From: Candidatus Latescibacterota bacterium
GTDB taxonomy: Bacteria > Latescibacterota > UBA2968 > UBA8231
NCBI GenBank assembly: GCA_965248355.1
Contig: OZ252098.1
Location: 2,784,001 to 2,848,000, forward strand
Length of the DNA: 64,000 nt
Direction of reading: 5' to 3'
Positions 1-10,722 of the stretch are shown piece by piece; the stretch's first letter is position 1; each line of letters begins with the position of its first letter. The notes beneath the pieces were generated by a model. That model was given only the letters and a program-made list of their open reading frames with translations, was not told the DNA's origin and did no database searches. Position numbers and translations under genes: made by a program.

Positions 1-2
1 TC

Positions 3-1388
3 GACAACGAGAGGCTCAGCTACGCCCTGGTGCAGGTGCCGATGGAGATGATCCAGCGGGAGGAGGGCGGCGCCGTGGGCCGCTCGTTCTTCACCAACAA
101 GACGATGTGGCTGGGCTTCGCCATCTCCTTCCTGCTGCTGAGCGTCAACGGCCTGCACTCCTACTTTCCGGAGATTCCCCGCCTCGAGCGCATCGCCGTG
201 CTGCCCGCGTTCGGCAACACGTGGTTCAGCTTCTGGTTCAGCCCGCCGTGGACGGGGTTCTTCTACTTCGTCAGCCTCGACATCTCGGCCTCGATCTGGG
301 TCTTCTACCTTCTCGTCCGGCTGCAGCGGGGCCTCTTGAACGTCCTCGGCGTGCACAGCACGCAGCGGATCGACTTCTACTCCGGGAGGGACCCCATTCT
401 CGCCCACCAGGGCCTCGGGGCGGTGATCGTCTTCGTCCTCGTCGGTCTGTGGGTGGCGCGGCGGCACCTGCGCCAGGTGGTGGCGAAGGCCCTCCGCGGG
501 GCCCGCGAGGTCGATGACAGCGGCGAGATCCTCACCTACCGGCAGGCCTTCTTCGGGCTCCTCGCCGGCCTCCTGATCGTCGCCTTCTGGCTGTCGGCGA
601 TCGGCCTTCCCTTTCCAGTAGCGGTGCTCTTCGTCTTCGGCGCCATGGTCCTGTTCCTGGCGCTGACGCGGGTGGTCGCCGAGGGCGGCATCCCGGCCAT
701 GCGGCCTCCCCTGATGACCTCGACCTTCGTGATCTCCACGGTCGGCACCTCCGCCATCGGCGCCCAGGGCCTGGTGGCGCTCGGCTTCTCCTACGGCTGG
801 CACTCCGAGATCCGCTCCTTCGTCATGTCCTCGGTCGCCAACGGACTCAAGATGAGCGAGCTGATCCGCGGCCCGAAGCGCCGGCTGTTCTGGGCCATTG
901 TCGTCGCCATCCTGGTCAGCCTGGCGGGCTCCTCCTATGTCACCCTGGTCATGGCGTACGGGCACGGCGGCATCAACCTCAACCCCCTGTTCTTCTCCTG
1001 GCAGTCCACCCACTTCGGGCCCATGGACATGTCCCCGCGCATCTCCGCCGCACCCGAAGGCCCGCGGTGGGACGCCGTGCGGTTCATGCTCCTCGGGGGA
1101 GGCGTGATGTCGGCGCTCATGTGGGCGCGCCACCAGTTGGTGTGGTGGCCCCTGAGCCCGCTCGGGTTCACGATCGCCGCCAACTGGAAGACGGGCCACA
1201 TCTTCTGCAGCGCCCTGCTGGCCTGGTGCCTGAAGTATCTGATCCTGCGCTACGGCGGCGTGCGTCTCTACCGCAGCCTGCGGCCCTTCTTCCTGGGCCT
1301 GATCCTGGGGGAGATCGTCGGCGCCGGGGTATTCCTGGTGATCGATTACCTCACCGGCACCACGGGCAGCTTCCTGACCCAGATCTGA
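3..1388 (+). CDS. Polytopic membrane protein, DUF6785/DUF6784-like (putative transporter); 5' end outside the window
   Basis: Open frame from the window edge, many hydrophobic segments, near-identical to the 3' part of 22462..24426. Confidence 0.8.
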   Translation, partial: DNERLSYALVQVPMEMIQREEGGAVGRSFFTNKTMWLGFAISFLLLSVNGLHSYFPEIPRLERIAVLPAFGNTWFSFWFSPPWTGFFYFVSLDISASIWVFYLLVRLQRGLLNVLGVHSTQRIDFYSGRDPILAHQGLGAVIVFVLVGLWVARRHLRQVVAKALRGAREVDDSGEILTYRQAFFGLLAGLLIVAFWLSAIGLPFPVAVLFVFGAMVLFLALTRVVAEGGIPAMRPPLMTSTFVISTVGTSAIGAQGLVALGFSYGWHSEIRSFVMSSVANGLKMSELIRGPKRRLFWAIVVAILVSLAGSSYVTLVMAYGHGGINLNPLFFSWQSTHFGPMDMSPRISAAPEGPRWDAVRFMLLGGGVMSALMWARHQLVWWPLSPLGFTIAANWKTGHIFCSALLAWCLKYLILRYGGVRLYRSLRPFFLGLILGEIVGAGVFLVIDYLTGTTGSFLTQI

Positions 1389-1419
1389 AGGCGGCCGGCG
1401 GTGCCCGGGTCTTCATGTC

Positions 1420-2151
1420 ATGCCGACGAGATCCTCACCCCCTGGCAATCTCAGCGCCCTGCCGGGCCGTGCCCTGGCGGGGGCCGTGGTCGTCCGGGTG
1501 GTGGACGCGGAGGGACGGGCCGTTGCCGGTGTGACCGTGTCCTTCGCCCCCGCCGCCGGCCACGGCGAGGCGGATCCGGCCTCGGCCGCCACCGGTCCGG
1601 ACGGCCGGGCGGCCTCCGTCTGGACTCTCGACGCCGGAGGCCCGTCCCGGCGGCTTCTGCGTCGTCGGCGGCAGCCGGGGGGCCGGCGTGGCGCTGCTGG
1701 CCGGGATCCGCGACCAGCGCGTCGAACGCATCGTCGCCTTCTTCGGGCCCACGGACTTCTTCGACGACTGGGTGCCAGATCGTCCGCGGCGGCCACCGGC
1801 CGGCCCCGCGATCTGACGGCGGTAGCCCACCTCGACTCCACCATCATCGCGCCCTATCTCCGCGGAGACCTCACCCTTCCCGAGGCGCGCCTGGAGATCA
1901 TCCGCCGCTCAGCCGTCCTCTTCGCCGGCGACCTGCCTGCCGTGCAGCTCCATCACGGCACCGAGGACGGGACCGTCTCCGTCAGCCAGGCCGAGTCCCT
2001 GGTGCGAACCATGGAGGCCCTGGGGCGGACGCCTCCCGACTTCGAGGCCTTCATCTACCCCGGGGGCGGACACGACATCCTCTCCCTCGGGGGCGCCATC
2101 CCGCGGGCGGGCGTGTTCCTCGGCGGCTGGCTGAACGAGCTCTTCCCGTGA
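1420..2151 (+). pseudogene. Decayed Ig-like (Big-1 type) + alpha/beta hydrolase gene
   Basis: Ig-like VVVRVVDAEGRAVAGVTVSF...TGPDGRAASVWTL and C-terminal HHGTEDGTV...YPGGGHD lie in one frame; the nucleophile motif VVGGSRGAGVALL...FFGPTDFF (1661-1774) lies in another. Confidence 0.65.
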
Positions 2152-2292
2152 GCCGCCTCCGCGGCGCTCACCCCACGCTCCGTCAGGTCATCCCCGCCGG
2201 TGAGTTAGGCAGAGCCAATTCCTGTGCCTTTCTTTCCCGGGCTCACCACCACGGCGTTGAAGTACTCATCCGAAAAGCGAGGGACATAAGCG

Positions 2293-4914
2293 ATGAAATG
2301 GGCATTGGCATCGATGGCGTTGTCGATGGTGGCACCGGCGCCAGGGTCCTCCGGGGCCGATCCGGCGGACCGTCCGGGCGAGAACATCGCGCTCGGGGCG
2401 AGCTACACCTTGGAGCCGGGGCCGAACTACGGGCTCTGCACGGAACCCGGCGACGCCGAGCAACTGACGGACGGGGTGTACACGGACGGCTACTTCTGGG
2501 CCCAACTGTCGACGGTGGGGTGGCAGGAGAAGACGCCTTCGATCTTTACGTTGGACCTGGGCACGGTGAGGCCGATACGGGGTGTCTCCTTCAGTACGGC
2601 GGCGGGGTTCGCGGACGTGTGGTGGCCGCTGACGATCCGCATCCTCGTGGCGGGTGAAGACAGGACGTTCCATGAAGTCGGGGACCTTGTGGAGTTGAGC
2701 GCCGAACAACACGGCCCGCTGGTACCGAAGAGGGCGAGCGATGCCATGTGGGCGCGGGACGGCATCAGTTTCAATGAGGCGGAGATACATCATCATTACG
2801 ACGCCAACCGGGATCGGTACCCTCAGAAGCTCACCCCCGAATTGCGTCAGCAGATCCTCCGGGATCTCAACGAAGCCCTCGCCAGCCAGTACGGGACGTA
2901 TCGGTACTGGACGGACCGCTTGCGGACCCACGGACGCTATGTCAGCCTGGTGGTGTGGAACGAGCCGTACACGTTCGTGGACGAGATCGAGGTCTACGCG
3001 GGGGAGCCGGAGTGGGTGGACGAGCCGCTGCCGGGTCCCGCCATTGCGGACGTGAAGGCGTACGCGGGCCGGCTCGCCATCCAGAAGGGGATCCGGACGC
3101 GCCTTGTTGGGGACATCGAGGCCCTGAGAGAGGCGGCGGAAGAAGAGGGTGTCCCGGTGCAGACGCGGAATGATGTGCTGGCCGAGCTGGCGGCCGTGGA
3201 AGGGGAGCTGGGGCCGGCCACGGAGTTCGGGGATGACTTCCAGGCCGTCCTGCCTCTGAATCCGTGGCATGAACGGGTGTTGCGCACCCAGGCGTGGCTG
3301 TGGCGCGCCAGGGGCCTGGAGCCGCTCGTGTTCTGGCTCCCGAACCTGTGGGATCCCGTGCCCCTTGTCGGCATGCCGGACACGTCGGCAGAGCTGGCCG
3401 TCGAGGTGCACCTGATGCGCAAGGAGCACCGCGCGGCGGCGTTCAATGTGAGCAACACCAGTGACCAGCCGATGGAGGTGGCCTTCCGCCTGAGCGGGCT
3501 TCCGGGGGCCGGCAATCCGGAGTATGTGACCGTTCACGAGGTGGCCTGGACGGACACCCGCAGGGGGGTGCCGGTGGCGGCGGCCCTGCCCGAGGTTGCC
3601 GCGGATGAGGACGGTCTGTATGCGGTCTCCGTGCCCTCGGGCATGACGCGTCAGGTGTGGCTGACCTTCCATCCGGTGGACGTGGAGCCGGGCACCTATG
3701 AGGGCGAGGTCGTCGTGGAGTCCGTGCCGGGGGGCCAGCGGTTTCCGTTGCGCATGCACCTGTATCCCCTGGACTTCCCGGAGCAGCAGTCGCTTCACTT
3801 CGGCGGATGGGACTACACGGACCGGATCGGTCACTTCCGCTTTCTGACGGAGCAGAACCGGTTGCCCATCATCGAGCACCTGCGCGAGCATCTCGTCGAC
3901 TCCCCGTGGGCCCTCAAGCTGGCGCTGCCGCGGGGCACTCACGATGCCCAGGGGGCGATGACGGCGCCGCCCTCCACCGACTACTTCGATGCCTGGATCG
4001 ACCTGTGGCCCGATGCGGCCCAGTACCTCGTCTTTGCGAAAGTGGGAAGGCACTTCGAGTCGTTGCCCATGGGCACGCCGGAATTCAACACGGCGGTCAA
4101 GGCGTGGGTCACGTTCTGGGCGGAGCATATGGAGGCCAAGGGATTGCAGCCGGAACAGTTCGGGCTGCTCCTGGTGGATGAGCCGGACGAGCCGTGGCAG
4201 GACGAGCGCATCCTGGCGTGGGCGAAGCCGATCCGCGAAGCCGGCACGGGAGTCCGCATCTGGGAGGATACGACCCACCGGGACATGGACCGGGCGGACC
4301 AGGAGATGATCGATGCGTGCCACGTCCTGTGCCCGAACTACGCGGCCTTCCTGAGACAGAACCAGGAGTACCGCGACTACTACCTGAAGAAGCGGGACCA
4401 GGGGATCGGGCTGGAGTTCTACGCGGCGTGGACGAGCCGGGTCTTCGATCCGTACGCCGGCCGGCTCATGGCGTGGACGAGCTGGCGCTTTGGGGCGACG
4501 GCGATCTACATGTGGTCGCTGACCGACACGGGCGGAGCGTCATCGTGGAACGAGTATCTCACCTACAAGGATGCGTACTCGCCAGTCTTCATCGACGAGG
4601 CCTCGGTGACGGCCGGGAAACACCTCGAGGCGGCGCGGGAAGGGGTGCAGGACTACGAGTACTTCGCCATGCTGGACCGGGCGGTCCGGAAGGCGTCGGC
4701 CCAGGGGAGGACGGGTCCCGAGGTGGAGGAGGCGCGCCGGTTGCTGGAAAGTCTGCCGGCCAGTGTCTGTGATGCGGCGGGCCACGGGGGTGGGATCATC
4801 TCCGACGAGCCCCTGGGCGGCTTTCACTGGCTGAACGAGAAGGTGGACCGCACGTTGGCGGACCAGGCGCGGATTCAGGTGTTGGCGGCGTTGACGGAGC
4901 TGGCCGAGAACTGA
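2293..4914 (+). CDS. Secreted glycoside hydrolase-like protein: discoidin-like N-domain + DUF4091-type C-terminus
   Basis: Signal peptide; NIALGASY...QLTDG...FTLDLG...VDEIEVY pattern; C-terminal KHLEAAREGVQDYEYF. Confidence 0.65.
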   Translation: MKWALASMALSMVAPAPGSSGADPADRPGENIALGASYTLEPGPNYGLCTEPGDAEQLTDGVYTDGYFWAQLSTVGWQEKTPSIFTLDLGTVRPIRGVSFSTAAGFADVWWPLTIRILVAGEDRTFHEVGDLVELSAEQHGPLVPKRASDAMWARDGISFNEAEIHHHYDANRDRYPQKLTPELRQQILRDLNEALASQYGTYRYWTDRLRTHGRYVSLVVWNEPYTFVDEIEVYAGEPEWVDEPLPGPAIADVKAYAGRLAIQKGIRTRLVGDIEALREAAEEEGVPVQTRNDVLAELAAVEGELGPATEFGDDFQAVLPLNPWHERVLRTQAWLWRARGLEPLVFWLPNLWDPVPLVGMPDTSAELAVEVHLMRKEHRAAAFNVSNTSDQPMEVAFRLSGLPGAGNPEYVTVHEVAWTDTRRGVPVAAALPEVAADEDGLYAVSVPSGMTRQVWLTFHPVDVEPGTYEGEVVVESVPGGQRFPLRMHLYPLDFPEQQSLHFGGWDYTDRIGHFRFLTEQNRLPIIEHLREHLVDSPWALKLALPRGTHDAQGAMTAPPSTDYFDAWIDLWPDAAQYLVFAKVGRHFESLPMGTPEFNTAVKAWVTFWAEHMEAKGLQPEQFGLLLVDEPDEPWQDERILAWAKPIREAGTGVRIWEDTTHRDMDRADQEMIDACHVLCPNYAAFLRQNQEYRDYYLKKRDQGIGLEFYAAWTSRVFDPYAGRLMAWTSWRFGATAIYMWSLTDTGGASSWNEYLTYKDAYSPVFIDEASVTAGKHLEAAREGVQDYEYFAMLDRAVRKASAQGRTGPEVEEARRLLESLPASVCDAAGHGGGIISDEPLGGFHWLNEKVDRTLADQARIQVLAALTELAEN

Positions 4915-4932
4915 GATAGCGAGGGCCAGGGG

Positions 4933-6921
4933 ATGAGATCGGCATTGGCCGGGGTAGCGTTGTTGATGGGGGGACTGGCGTCTGCGCAGGACACGGGGGC
5001 GGGTCCGGCGGGCCGTCCCGGCGAGAAGGCGTCGGTCGCCATCCAGGAAGGGATTCGGACGCGCCTTGTGCGGGATATCGAGGCCCTGAGAAAGGCAGCG
5101 GAGGAAGAGGGTGTCCCGGCGCCGACGCGGCGCGACGTGCTGGGCGAGCTGGCGGCCGTGGAAGGGGAGCTGGGGCCGGCCTGCAGGGCCTTCGGGGATG
5201 ATTTCCGGGCCGTGCTGCCGCTGAATTCGTGGCATGAACGGGTGTTGCGTACGCAGGCGTGGCTCTGGCGCGCCAGGGGCCTGGAGCCGCTTGAGTTCTG
5301 GCGCTCGGATCTGTGGGATCCGCTTTCCTTCATCGGCATGCCGGACACGGCGGGAGAACCGGCGGTCGAGGTCCACCTGATGCGCAAGGAGTACCGCGCG
5401 GCGGCCTTCAATGTGAGCAACAGCAGTGACGAGCCGATGCAGGTGATGTTCCGCTTGAGCGGGCTTCCCGGGGGCGGCAACCCGGGGTACGTGACCGTTC
5501 ACGAGGTGGCCTGGACCGACACGAGGAGCGGTGTGCCCGTGGCCGCGGCCCTGCCCGAAGTCGCTGCCGAGAACGATCTGTATTCGGTGACCGTGCCCTC
5601 CGGCATGACACGGCAGGTGTGGCTGACCTTCCATCCGGTGGACGTGGAGCCGGGAATCCATGAAGGCGAAGTCGTCGTGGAGTCCGTGCCCGGGGGCCAG
5701 CGGTTCCCGCTGCGCATGCACCTGTATCCCCTGGACTTCCCGGAGAAGCAGTCGCTGCACCTGGGCGGCTGGGACTATACGGACGAGTTCGGCACATACC
5801 ACGCCGTGACGGAGCGGAACCGGCCGCTGATCATTCAGCACCTGCGCGAGCATTTCGTGGACTCGCCGTGGGGCTCGCCCCGGATGGTGAATCCGTTCTA
5901 CCCGGAGGTGCGGGGCACGTATGATGCGCAGGGGGCGATGACGGAGCCGCCCGAGACGGCCAAGTTCGATGCGTGGCTCGAGTTGTGGCCGGGTGCGGCC
6001 CAGTACCTCGTCTTCGCGAAGGTGGGCGATCGGTTCGTCTTTGGGGCCGACAACGAGTACTCATGGGGCCTGTACACGCCGGAATTCGCGACGGCGGTGA
6101 AGGCATGGGCCACGTTCTGGGTGGGCCATGCGGTGGAGAAGGGGTTGAAGCCGGAACAGCTGGTGCTCGTGCTGGTAGATGAGCCTGATGAAGATCCCAA
6201 CCGGGACCACATCATTCTGGCGTGGGCGAAGGCGATCCGGGAAGCGGATACGGGGGTCCGCATCTGGGAGAATGTGAACCACCGGGACATGAGCCAGGTC
6301 ATGGAGGCGATGATCGATGCGTGCCATGTCTTGTGCCCGCACATCAAGATCTTCCTGAACAGCTCGGCACCGATACGGCCACCGGCCGCGGCCCGGGAGT
6401 ATCGGGATTTCTTCCTGAAGAAGCGTGAACAGGGGACCGTCTTGGAGTTCTACAATGCCGATGGCCCGACGCGGCTGCTGGATCCGTACGCCTACTACCG
6501 GCTTGCGGCGTGGTGGTGCTGGCTCCATGGGGCGACGGGGATGCACTTCTGGTCGCTCACCGACACGGGCGGCGGGTCATCGTGGAACGAGTATCTGACC
6601 CCGCGGAATTCGTACGCGCCCATGTTTCTGGACGAGGACTCGGTGACGGCCGGGAAACACCTGGAGGCGCAGCGGGAAGGGGTGGAGGACTATGAGTACT
6701 TCGTGATGTTGGATCGGGCGGTCCGGGAGGCGTCTGCGGAGGGAGTGACGGGTCCGGAAGTGGAGGAGGCGCGTCAGCTGCTGGGGAGCCTGCCGGCGAG
6801 TGTTGGTGAGGCGGCCTTCTCCTACCGCACCAAGTGGCTGGACGAGAAGGTGGACCGCACCTTGGCGGACAAGGCGCGGATCCGGGTGTTGGCGGCGCTG
6901 ACGGCGCTGGCCGGGCCCTGA
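4933..6921 (+). CDS. Tandem paralogue of 2293..4914 lacking the N-terminal discoidin-like domain
   Basis: Signal peptide, long near-identical stretches with the upstream gene, KHLEAQREGVEDYEYF. Confidence 0.7.
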   Translation: MRSALAGVALLMGGLASAQDTGAGPAGRPGEKASVAIQEGIRTRLVRDIEALRKAAEEEGVPAPTRRDVLGELAAVEGELGPACRAFGDDFRAVLPLNSWHERVLRTQAWLWRARGLEPLEFWRSDLWDPLSFIGMPDTAGEPAVEVHLMRKEYRAAAFNVSNSSDEPMQVMFRLSGLPGGGNPGYVTVHEVAWTDTRSGVPVAAALPEVAAENDLYSVTVPSGMTRQVWLTFHPVDVEPGIHEGEVVVESVPGGQRFPLRMHLYPLDFPEKQSLHLGGWDYTDEFGTYHAVTERNRPLIIQHLREHFVDSPWGSPRMVNPFYPEVRGTYDAQGAMTEPPETAKFDAWLELWPGAAQYLVFAKVGDRFVFGADNEYSWGLYTPEFATAVKAWATFWVGHAVEKGLKPEQLVLVLVDEPDEDPNRDHIILAWAKAIREADTGVRIWENVNHRDMSQVMEAMIDACHVLCPHIKIFLNSSAPIRPPAAAREYRDFFLKKREQGTVLEFYNADGPTRLLDPYAYYRLAAWWCWLHGATGMHFWSLTDTGGGSSWNEYLTPRNSYAPMFLDEDSVTAGKHLEAQREGVEDYEYFVMLDRAVREASAEGVTGPEVEEARQLLGSLPASVGEAAFSYRTKWLDEKVDRTLADKARIRVLAALTALAGP

Positions 6922-6934
6922 TTCCGGTGATCTG

Positions 6935-7639
6935 ATGAAGGTCGTGATTCTGGCAGGCGGCATGGGCACCCGGCTCAGAGAGGAAACGGCCGTCAGACCG
7001 AAGCCGATGGTGGAAATCGGCGGCCTGCCGATTCTCTGCCATATCATGAGAGTCTACCATACCCACGGCTTCCGGGAGTTCGTCGTCGCCCTCGGCTACA
7101 AAGGGGAAGTCATCAAGGACTTCTTTCTGGAAGACCGCAATGAGGAGTGGATCGTCCATCTCGTTGACACGGGTCAGGATGTACAGTCAGGGGGGCGGAT
7201 CAGACGCCTCGCTGACTGGATCGGTCGAGAGACATTCATGCTGACCTACGGCGATGGGCTCAGCGATGTCGACATTCCCCAACTCGCCGCCTTTCACGGA
7301 TCCCACTGCAGTCTCGCCACGGTAACAGCGGTCCACCCGCCCGCCCGTTTCGGACGCCTGGAGCTCGACGGCGATCTCGTAAGGGACTTCCGCGAGAAGT
7401 CCCAACTGGATGCCGGGTGGATAAACGGCGGGTTCTTCGTACTCGATCCCGGTGTCCTCGAATACATCTCCGGCGATGAAGTCATCTTCGAGCACGAGCC
7501 CATGACCAGACTCGCGGAGGATGGGCAACTCCGGGCGTACCGGCACGAGGGCTTCTGGCAATGCATGGACACCCTGCGGGACGTGGTGAGTCTGGAGGAG
7601 CAGTGGTGCGCCGGGAACGCGCCCTGGAAGATCTGGTGA
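6935..7639 (+). CDS. rfbF: Glucose-1-phosphate cytidylyltransferase
   Basis: VILAGGMGTRL, PKPMVEIG, LTYGDG, WINGGFF, GFWQCMDTLRD, APWKIW. Confidence 0.9.
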   Translation: MKVVILAGGMGTRLREETAVRPKPMVEIGGLPILCHIMRVYHTHGFREFVVALGYKGEVIKDFFLEDRNEEWIVHLVDTGQDVQSGGRIRRLADWIGRETFMLTYGDGLSDVDIPQLAAFHGSHCSLATVTAVHPPARFGRLELDGDLVRDFREKSQLDAGWINGGFFVLDPGVLEYISGDEVIFEHEPMTRLAEDGQLRAYRHEGFWQCMDTLRDVVSLEEQWCAGNAPWKIW

Positions 7640-8637
7640 CGGTGGGTGACTCGCGCGATGGGTTCTGGCCAGGCCGCCGTGCCCTGGTCACGGGGGCCAC
7701 GGGCTTCATAGGCTACTGGCTTGTGGCACGGCTGCTGAGGCTGGGAGCCGACGTCACGGCGCTGGTCAGAGACGCCGATCCCCGGTCCCAACTGTTCGCC
7801 TCCGGCCTGGTCAATCGAATCAGCGTGGTCAATGGCTCCCTGGAGGATTCCACCGCCCTGGCCAGGGCGGTGACCGAGCCTGGGGCGCAAACTGTCTTTC
7901 ACCTCGCCGCCCAGGCTATCGTCACCACGGCCCGGGCCAACCCGGTGGGGACGTTCGAGTCGAACATACGAGGAACCTGGACTCTGCTCGACGCCTGCCG
8001 TCAGTACAGTGACGTGGTCAGCGAGGTTGTCATCGCCTCGAGCGACAAGGCCTACGGACAGAGCGACAGGCTGCCATACACGGAAGACATGCCGCTCACA
8101 GGGCGTCATCCGTATGAGGTCTCGAAAGCGTGCGCCGACCTGCTGGCGCAGTGCTATCATCATGCCTTTCGACTCCCCGTCGCCGTGGCGCGGTGCGGCA
8201 ACGTGTATGGAGGAGGGGATCTCAACTGGAGCCGCCTGATTCCAGGCACGATCGCGGCTCTCGAAGGCGGTCAGCGCCCGGTCATCCGTAGCGACGGCCG
8301 TCACATTCGGGACTACATCTACGTGGGAGACGTCGTCGGCGCGTACATCAGACTGGCCGAGGTGCTCAATGAGGGTTCAATAGGCGGCCAGGCTTTCAAT
8401 TTCAGTACCGAGTCGCAGTCCACCGTACTTGAAGTCGTTGACAAGCTGCGGTCTCTCATGAGCTGTGAGCACCTGGAGCCGATCATTCGCGGAACCGCCG
8501 AGGGTGAAATCGGCGCCCAGTACCTGTCCGCGGAGAAGGCGCGGTCAGTGCTTGAGTGGAAGCCCCAATACGATCTTGACTCGGGGCTGCCCCATACAAT
8601 CGGATGGTACCGTGCGCACCTCCAACGAAAGTTCTGA
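7636..8637 (+). CDS. rfbG: CDP-glucose 4,6-dehydratase-like NAD-dependent epimerase/dehydratase
   Basis: GTGA overlap with rfbF stop; [26 protein letters not shown]; position between rfbF and rfbH. Confidence 0.75.
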   Translation: MTVGDSRDGFWPGRRALVTGATGFIGYWLVARLLRLGADVTALVRDADPRSQLFASGLVNRISVVNGSLEDSTALARAVTEPGAQTVFHLAAQAIVTTARANPVGTFESNIRGTWTLLDACRQYSDVVSEVVIASSDKAYGQSDRLPYTEDMPLTGRHPYEVSKACADLLAQCYHHAFRLPVAVARCGNVYGGGDLNWSRLIPGTIAALEGGQRPVIRSDGRHIRDYIYVGDVVGAYIRLAEVLNEGSIGGQAFNFSTESQSTVLEVVDKLRSLMSCEHLEPIIRGTAEGEIGAQYLSAEKARSVLEWKPQYDLDSGLPHTIGWYRAHLQRKF

Positions 8638-8663
8638 ATGGCAAAGCGGCCAGCGAGATCTGT

Positions 8664-9980
8664 ATGAATCGAAGATCCGATGAGCTTCGCCGCCAGATCC
8701 TGAACCTTGTGCGCGAGTATCACGACATCGCGTTTCCCGGGGAATCCTTCGCACCAGACTCGGGCTCGGTCCCGGTCTCCGGGCGCGTTTTTGACGCCGA
8801 GGAGCTCGTCTGCTTGACGGATGCGGCCCTCGACTTCTGGCTCACTTCAGGCCGCTACGCCGATCAGTTCGAGCGGGAGTTCTCCCGTTTCTGGGGTCTT
8901 CGACACGCCAGCCTGTGCAATTCGGGCTCCTCGGCCAACCTGCTGGCTCTGTCATCCCTCACGTCCCCGAAACTCGGCGATAGACGACTGCGGACGGGCG
9001 ACGAGGTGATAACGGTCGCGGCCGGTTTTCCGACGACGGTGAATCCCATTTTTCAGACGGGTCTCGTACCTGTGTTTGTCGACATCGATCTCGGAACATA
9101 CAACGTGTCCCCGGAGCGGCTGGCCGATGCTGTCGGCCCGGAGACGCGAGCGATTTTCCTCGCCCATACCCTCGGCAACCCATTCGATCTCGACACCGTA
9201 GGCGAGCTCGCTGCCAGACACGACCTCCTGCTCATCGAGGACTGCTGCGATGCCGTGGGTTCCCGCTTTGGCGGCCAGCATGTGGGCACCTTCGGGAGCC
9301 TCGCAACCGTGAGCTTTTACCCTGCCCATCACCTGACCATGGGGGAAGGCGGCTGCGTCCTTACCGGGTCCTCCGAGCTGAAGCGGATCGTCGAGTCCTA
9401 CCGCGACTGGGGCCGGGACTGCTGGTGCGACCCTGGCAAGGAGAACACTTGCGGACGGCGATTCGACTGGCAGCTTGGCGAACTGCCGGCAGGCTATGAT
9501 CACAAGTACATCTACTCCCACGTGGGCTACAACCTCAAGCTCACGGATATGCAGGCCGCTGTGGGCGTGGCCCAGCTGCGGAAGCTGCCGGCGTTCGTCG
9601 AGAAACGCAAGCAGACCTTCGACCGGCTCTATCGAGAGCTGCAATCTCTGGAGGAGTTCTTCATCCTGCCGTCCTGGCTGGAGAAGGCGGAGCCGAGCTG
9701 GTTCGGCTTTCCTCTCACCATTCGTGAATCGGCACCCTTTGACCGAAGAGCCATCATCGCCCACTTGACAGGCAGGGGTATCGGCACCAGAGCGCTCTTT
9801 GGTGGAAATCTGACCCGGCAGCCGGCGTACATGGGACTGCCATACCGCGTGGCGGGTCCCCTGGCCAACTCCGATGCAGCCATGGAGAGGTCATTCTGGC
9901 TGGGCGTGTATCCCGGGATCGATCAGGCGATGGCCGCTCATCTGATCGACAGCCTGAAGCACTTCTGCTCGCGTTTTTGA
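8664..9980 (+). CDS. rfbH: CDP-4-keto-6-deoxyglucose 3-dehydrase (E1, DdhC)
   Basis: [28 protein letters not shown] (His in place of the aminotransferase Lys), RDWGRDCWC...[11 protein letters not shown]. Confidence 0.9.
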   Translation: MNRRSDELRRQILNLVREYHDIAFPGESFAPDSGSVPVSGRVFDAEELVCLTDAALDFWLTSGRYADQFEREFSRFWGLRHASLCNSGSSANLLALSSLTSPKLGDRRLRTGDEVITVAAGFPTTVNPIFQTGLVPVFVDIDLGTYNVSPERLADAVGPETRAIFLAHTLGNPFDLDTVGELAARHDLLLIEDCCDAVGSRFGGQHVGTFGSLATVSFYPAHHLTMGEGGCVLTGSSELKRIVESYRDWGRDCWCDPGKENTCGRRFDWQLGELPAGYDHKYIYSHVGYNLKLTDMQAAVGVAQLRKLPAFVEKRKQTFDRLYRELQSLEEFFILPSWLEKAEPSWFGFPLTIRESAPFDRRAIIAHLTGRGIGTRALFGGNLTRQPAYMGLPYRVAGPLANSDAAMERSFWLGVYPGIDQAMAAHLIDSLKHFCSRF

Positions 9981-10002
9981 GACTGCTCCGCAGGCCCGCT
10001 TC

Positions 10003-10716
10003 GTGGAGGCACCCTTGGAGCCTCTAAAGCTGTCGGTGATCATGGCGGCCTACAACGAGATGGAGACGATCGAGGCCGCCATCGACGGAGTGCTGGCCCT
10101 TGACATCCCCAAAGAGCTGATCGTGGTGGACAACTGCTCTGACGACGGTACCCGGGAATTCGTTGGAGCGATTGATTCAGACGACGTTCAAGTCGTCATG
10201 CAGAGGGAGAATCTCGGCAAGGGGCACTCCATTCGCACGGCTTTGCCGATTTGCCGTGGAACCTATACGGTCATACAAGACGCGGATCTCGAATACGATC
10301 CGGCCGGCCTGGCGGCCCTGCTGGAGGCGATCGAGTCCAATGGATGGGACGCGGTGTACGGATCCAGAGTTCTCGGTGGGCATCCATCCATATATGAGCA
10401 CTACTACTGGGGTGTTCGCTTGCTCACCTGTCTCACAAACGCCGCTTTCGGCTGTCGCCTGACTGACGTGGCGACGGCCTCCAAGATGGTTCGCACCGAG
10501 GTATTCCAGAGTCTTGATCTGAAGGGGAATGGGTTTGACCTGGATTTCGAACTCACCAACAAACTTGCGAAGTATGGCTATCAAATTGGTGAGATCCCAA
10601 TCGCGTACAGCCCGCGGTCCTTCGAAGAAGGGAAAAAGATCCGGGCACGTGATGGCCTCCGGGCCATGCTCACCATCGTCCGGGACAGGGTATCGGGAGA
10701 TGGCAGAGCAGGTTAG
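10003..10716 (+). CDS. GT2 glycosyltransferase, polyprenol-phosphate glycosyltransferase (DPM-like)
   Basis: SVIMAAYNE, VVDNCSDDGT, NLGKG, QDADLEYDP, EGKKI. Confidence 0.85.
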   Translation: MEAPLEPLKLSVIMAAYNEMETIEAAIDGVLALDIPKELIVVDNCSDDGTREFVGAIDSDDVQVVMQRENLGKGHSIRTALPICRGTYTVIQDADLEYDPAGLAALLEAIESNGWDAVYGSRVLGGHPSIYEHYYWGVRLLTCLTNAAFGCRLTDVATASKMVRTEVFQSLDLKGNGFDLDFELTNKLAKYGYQIGEIPIAYSPRSFEEGKKIRARDGLRAMLTIVRDRVSGDGRAG

Positions 10717-10722
10717 GCTCAC

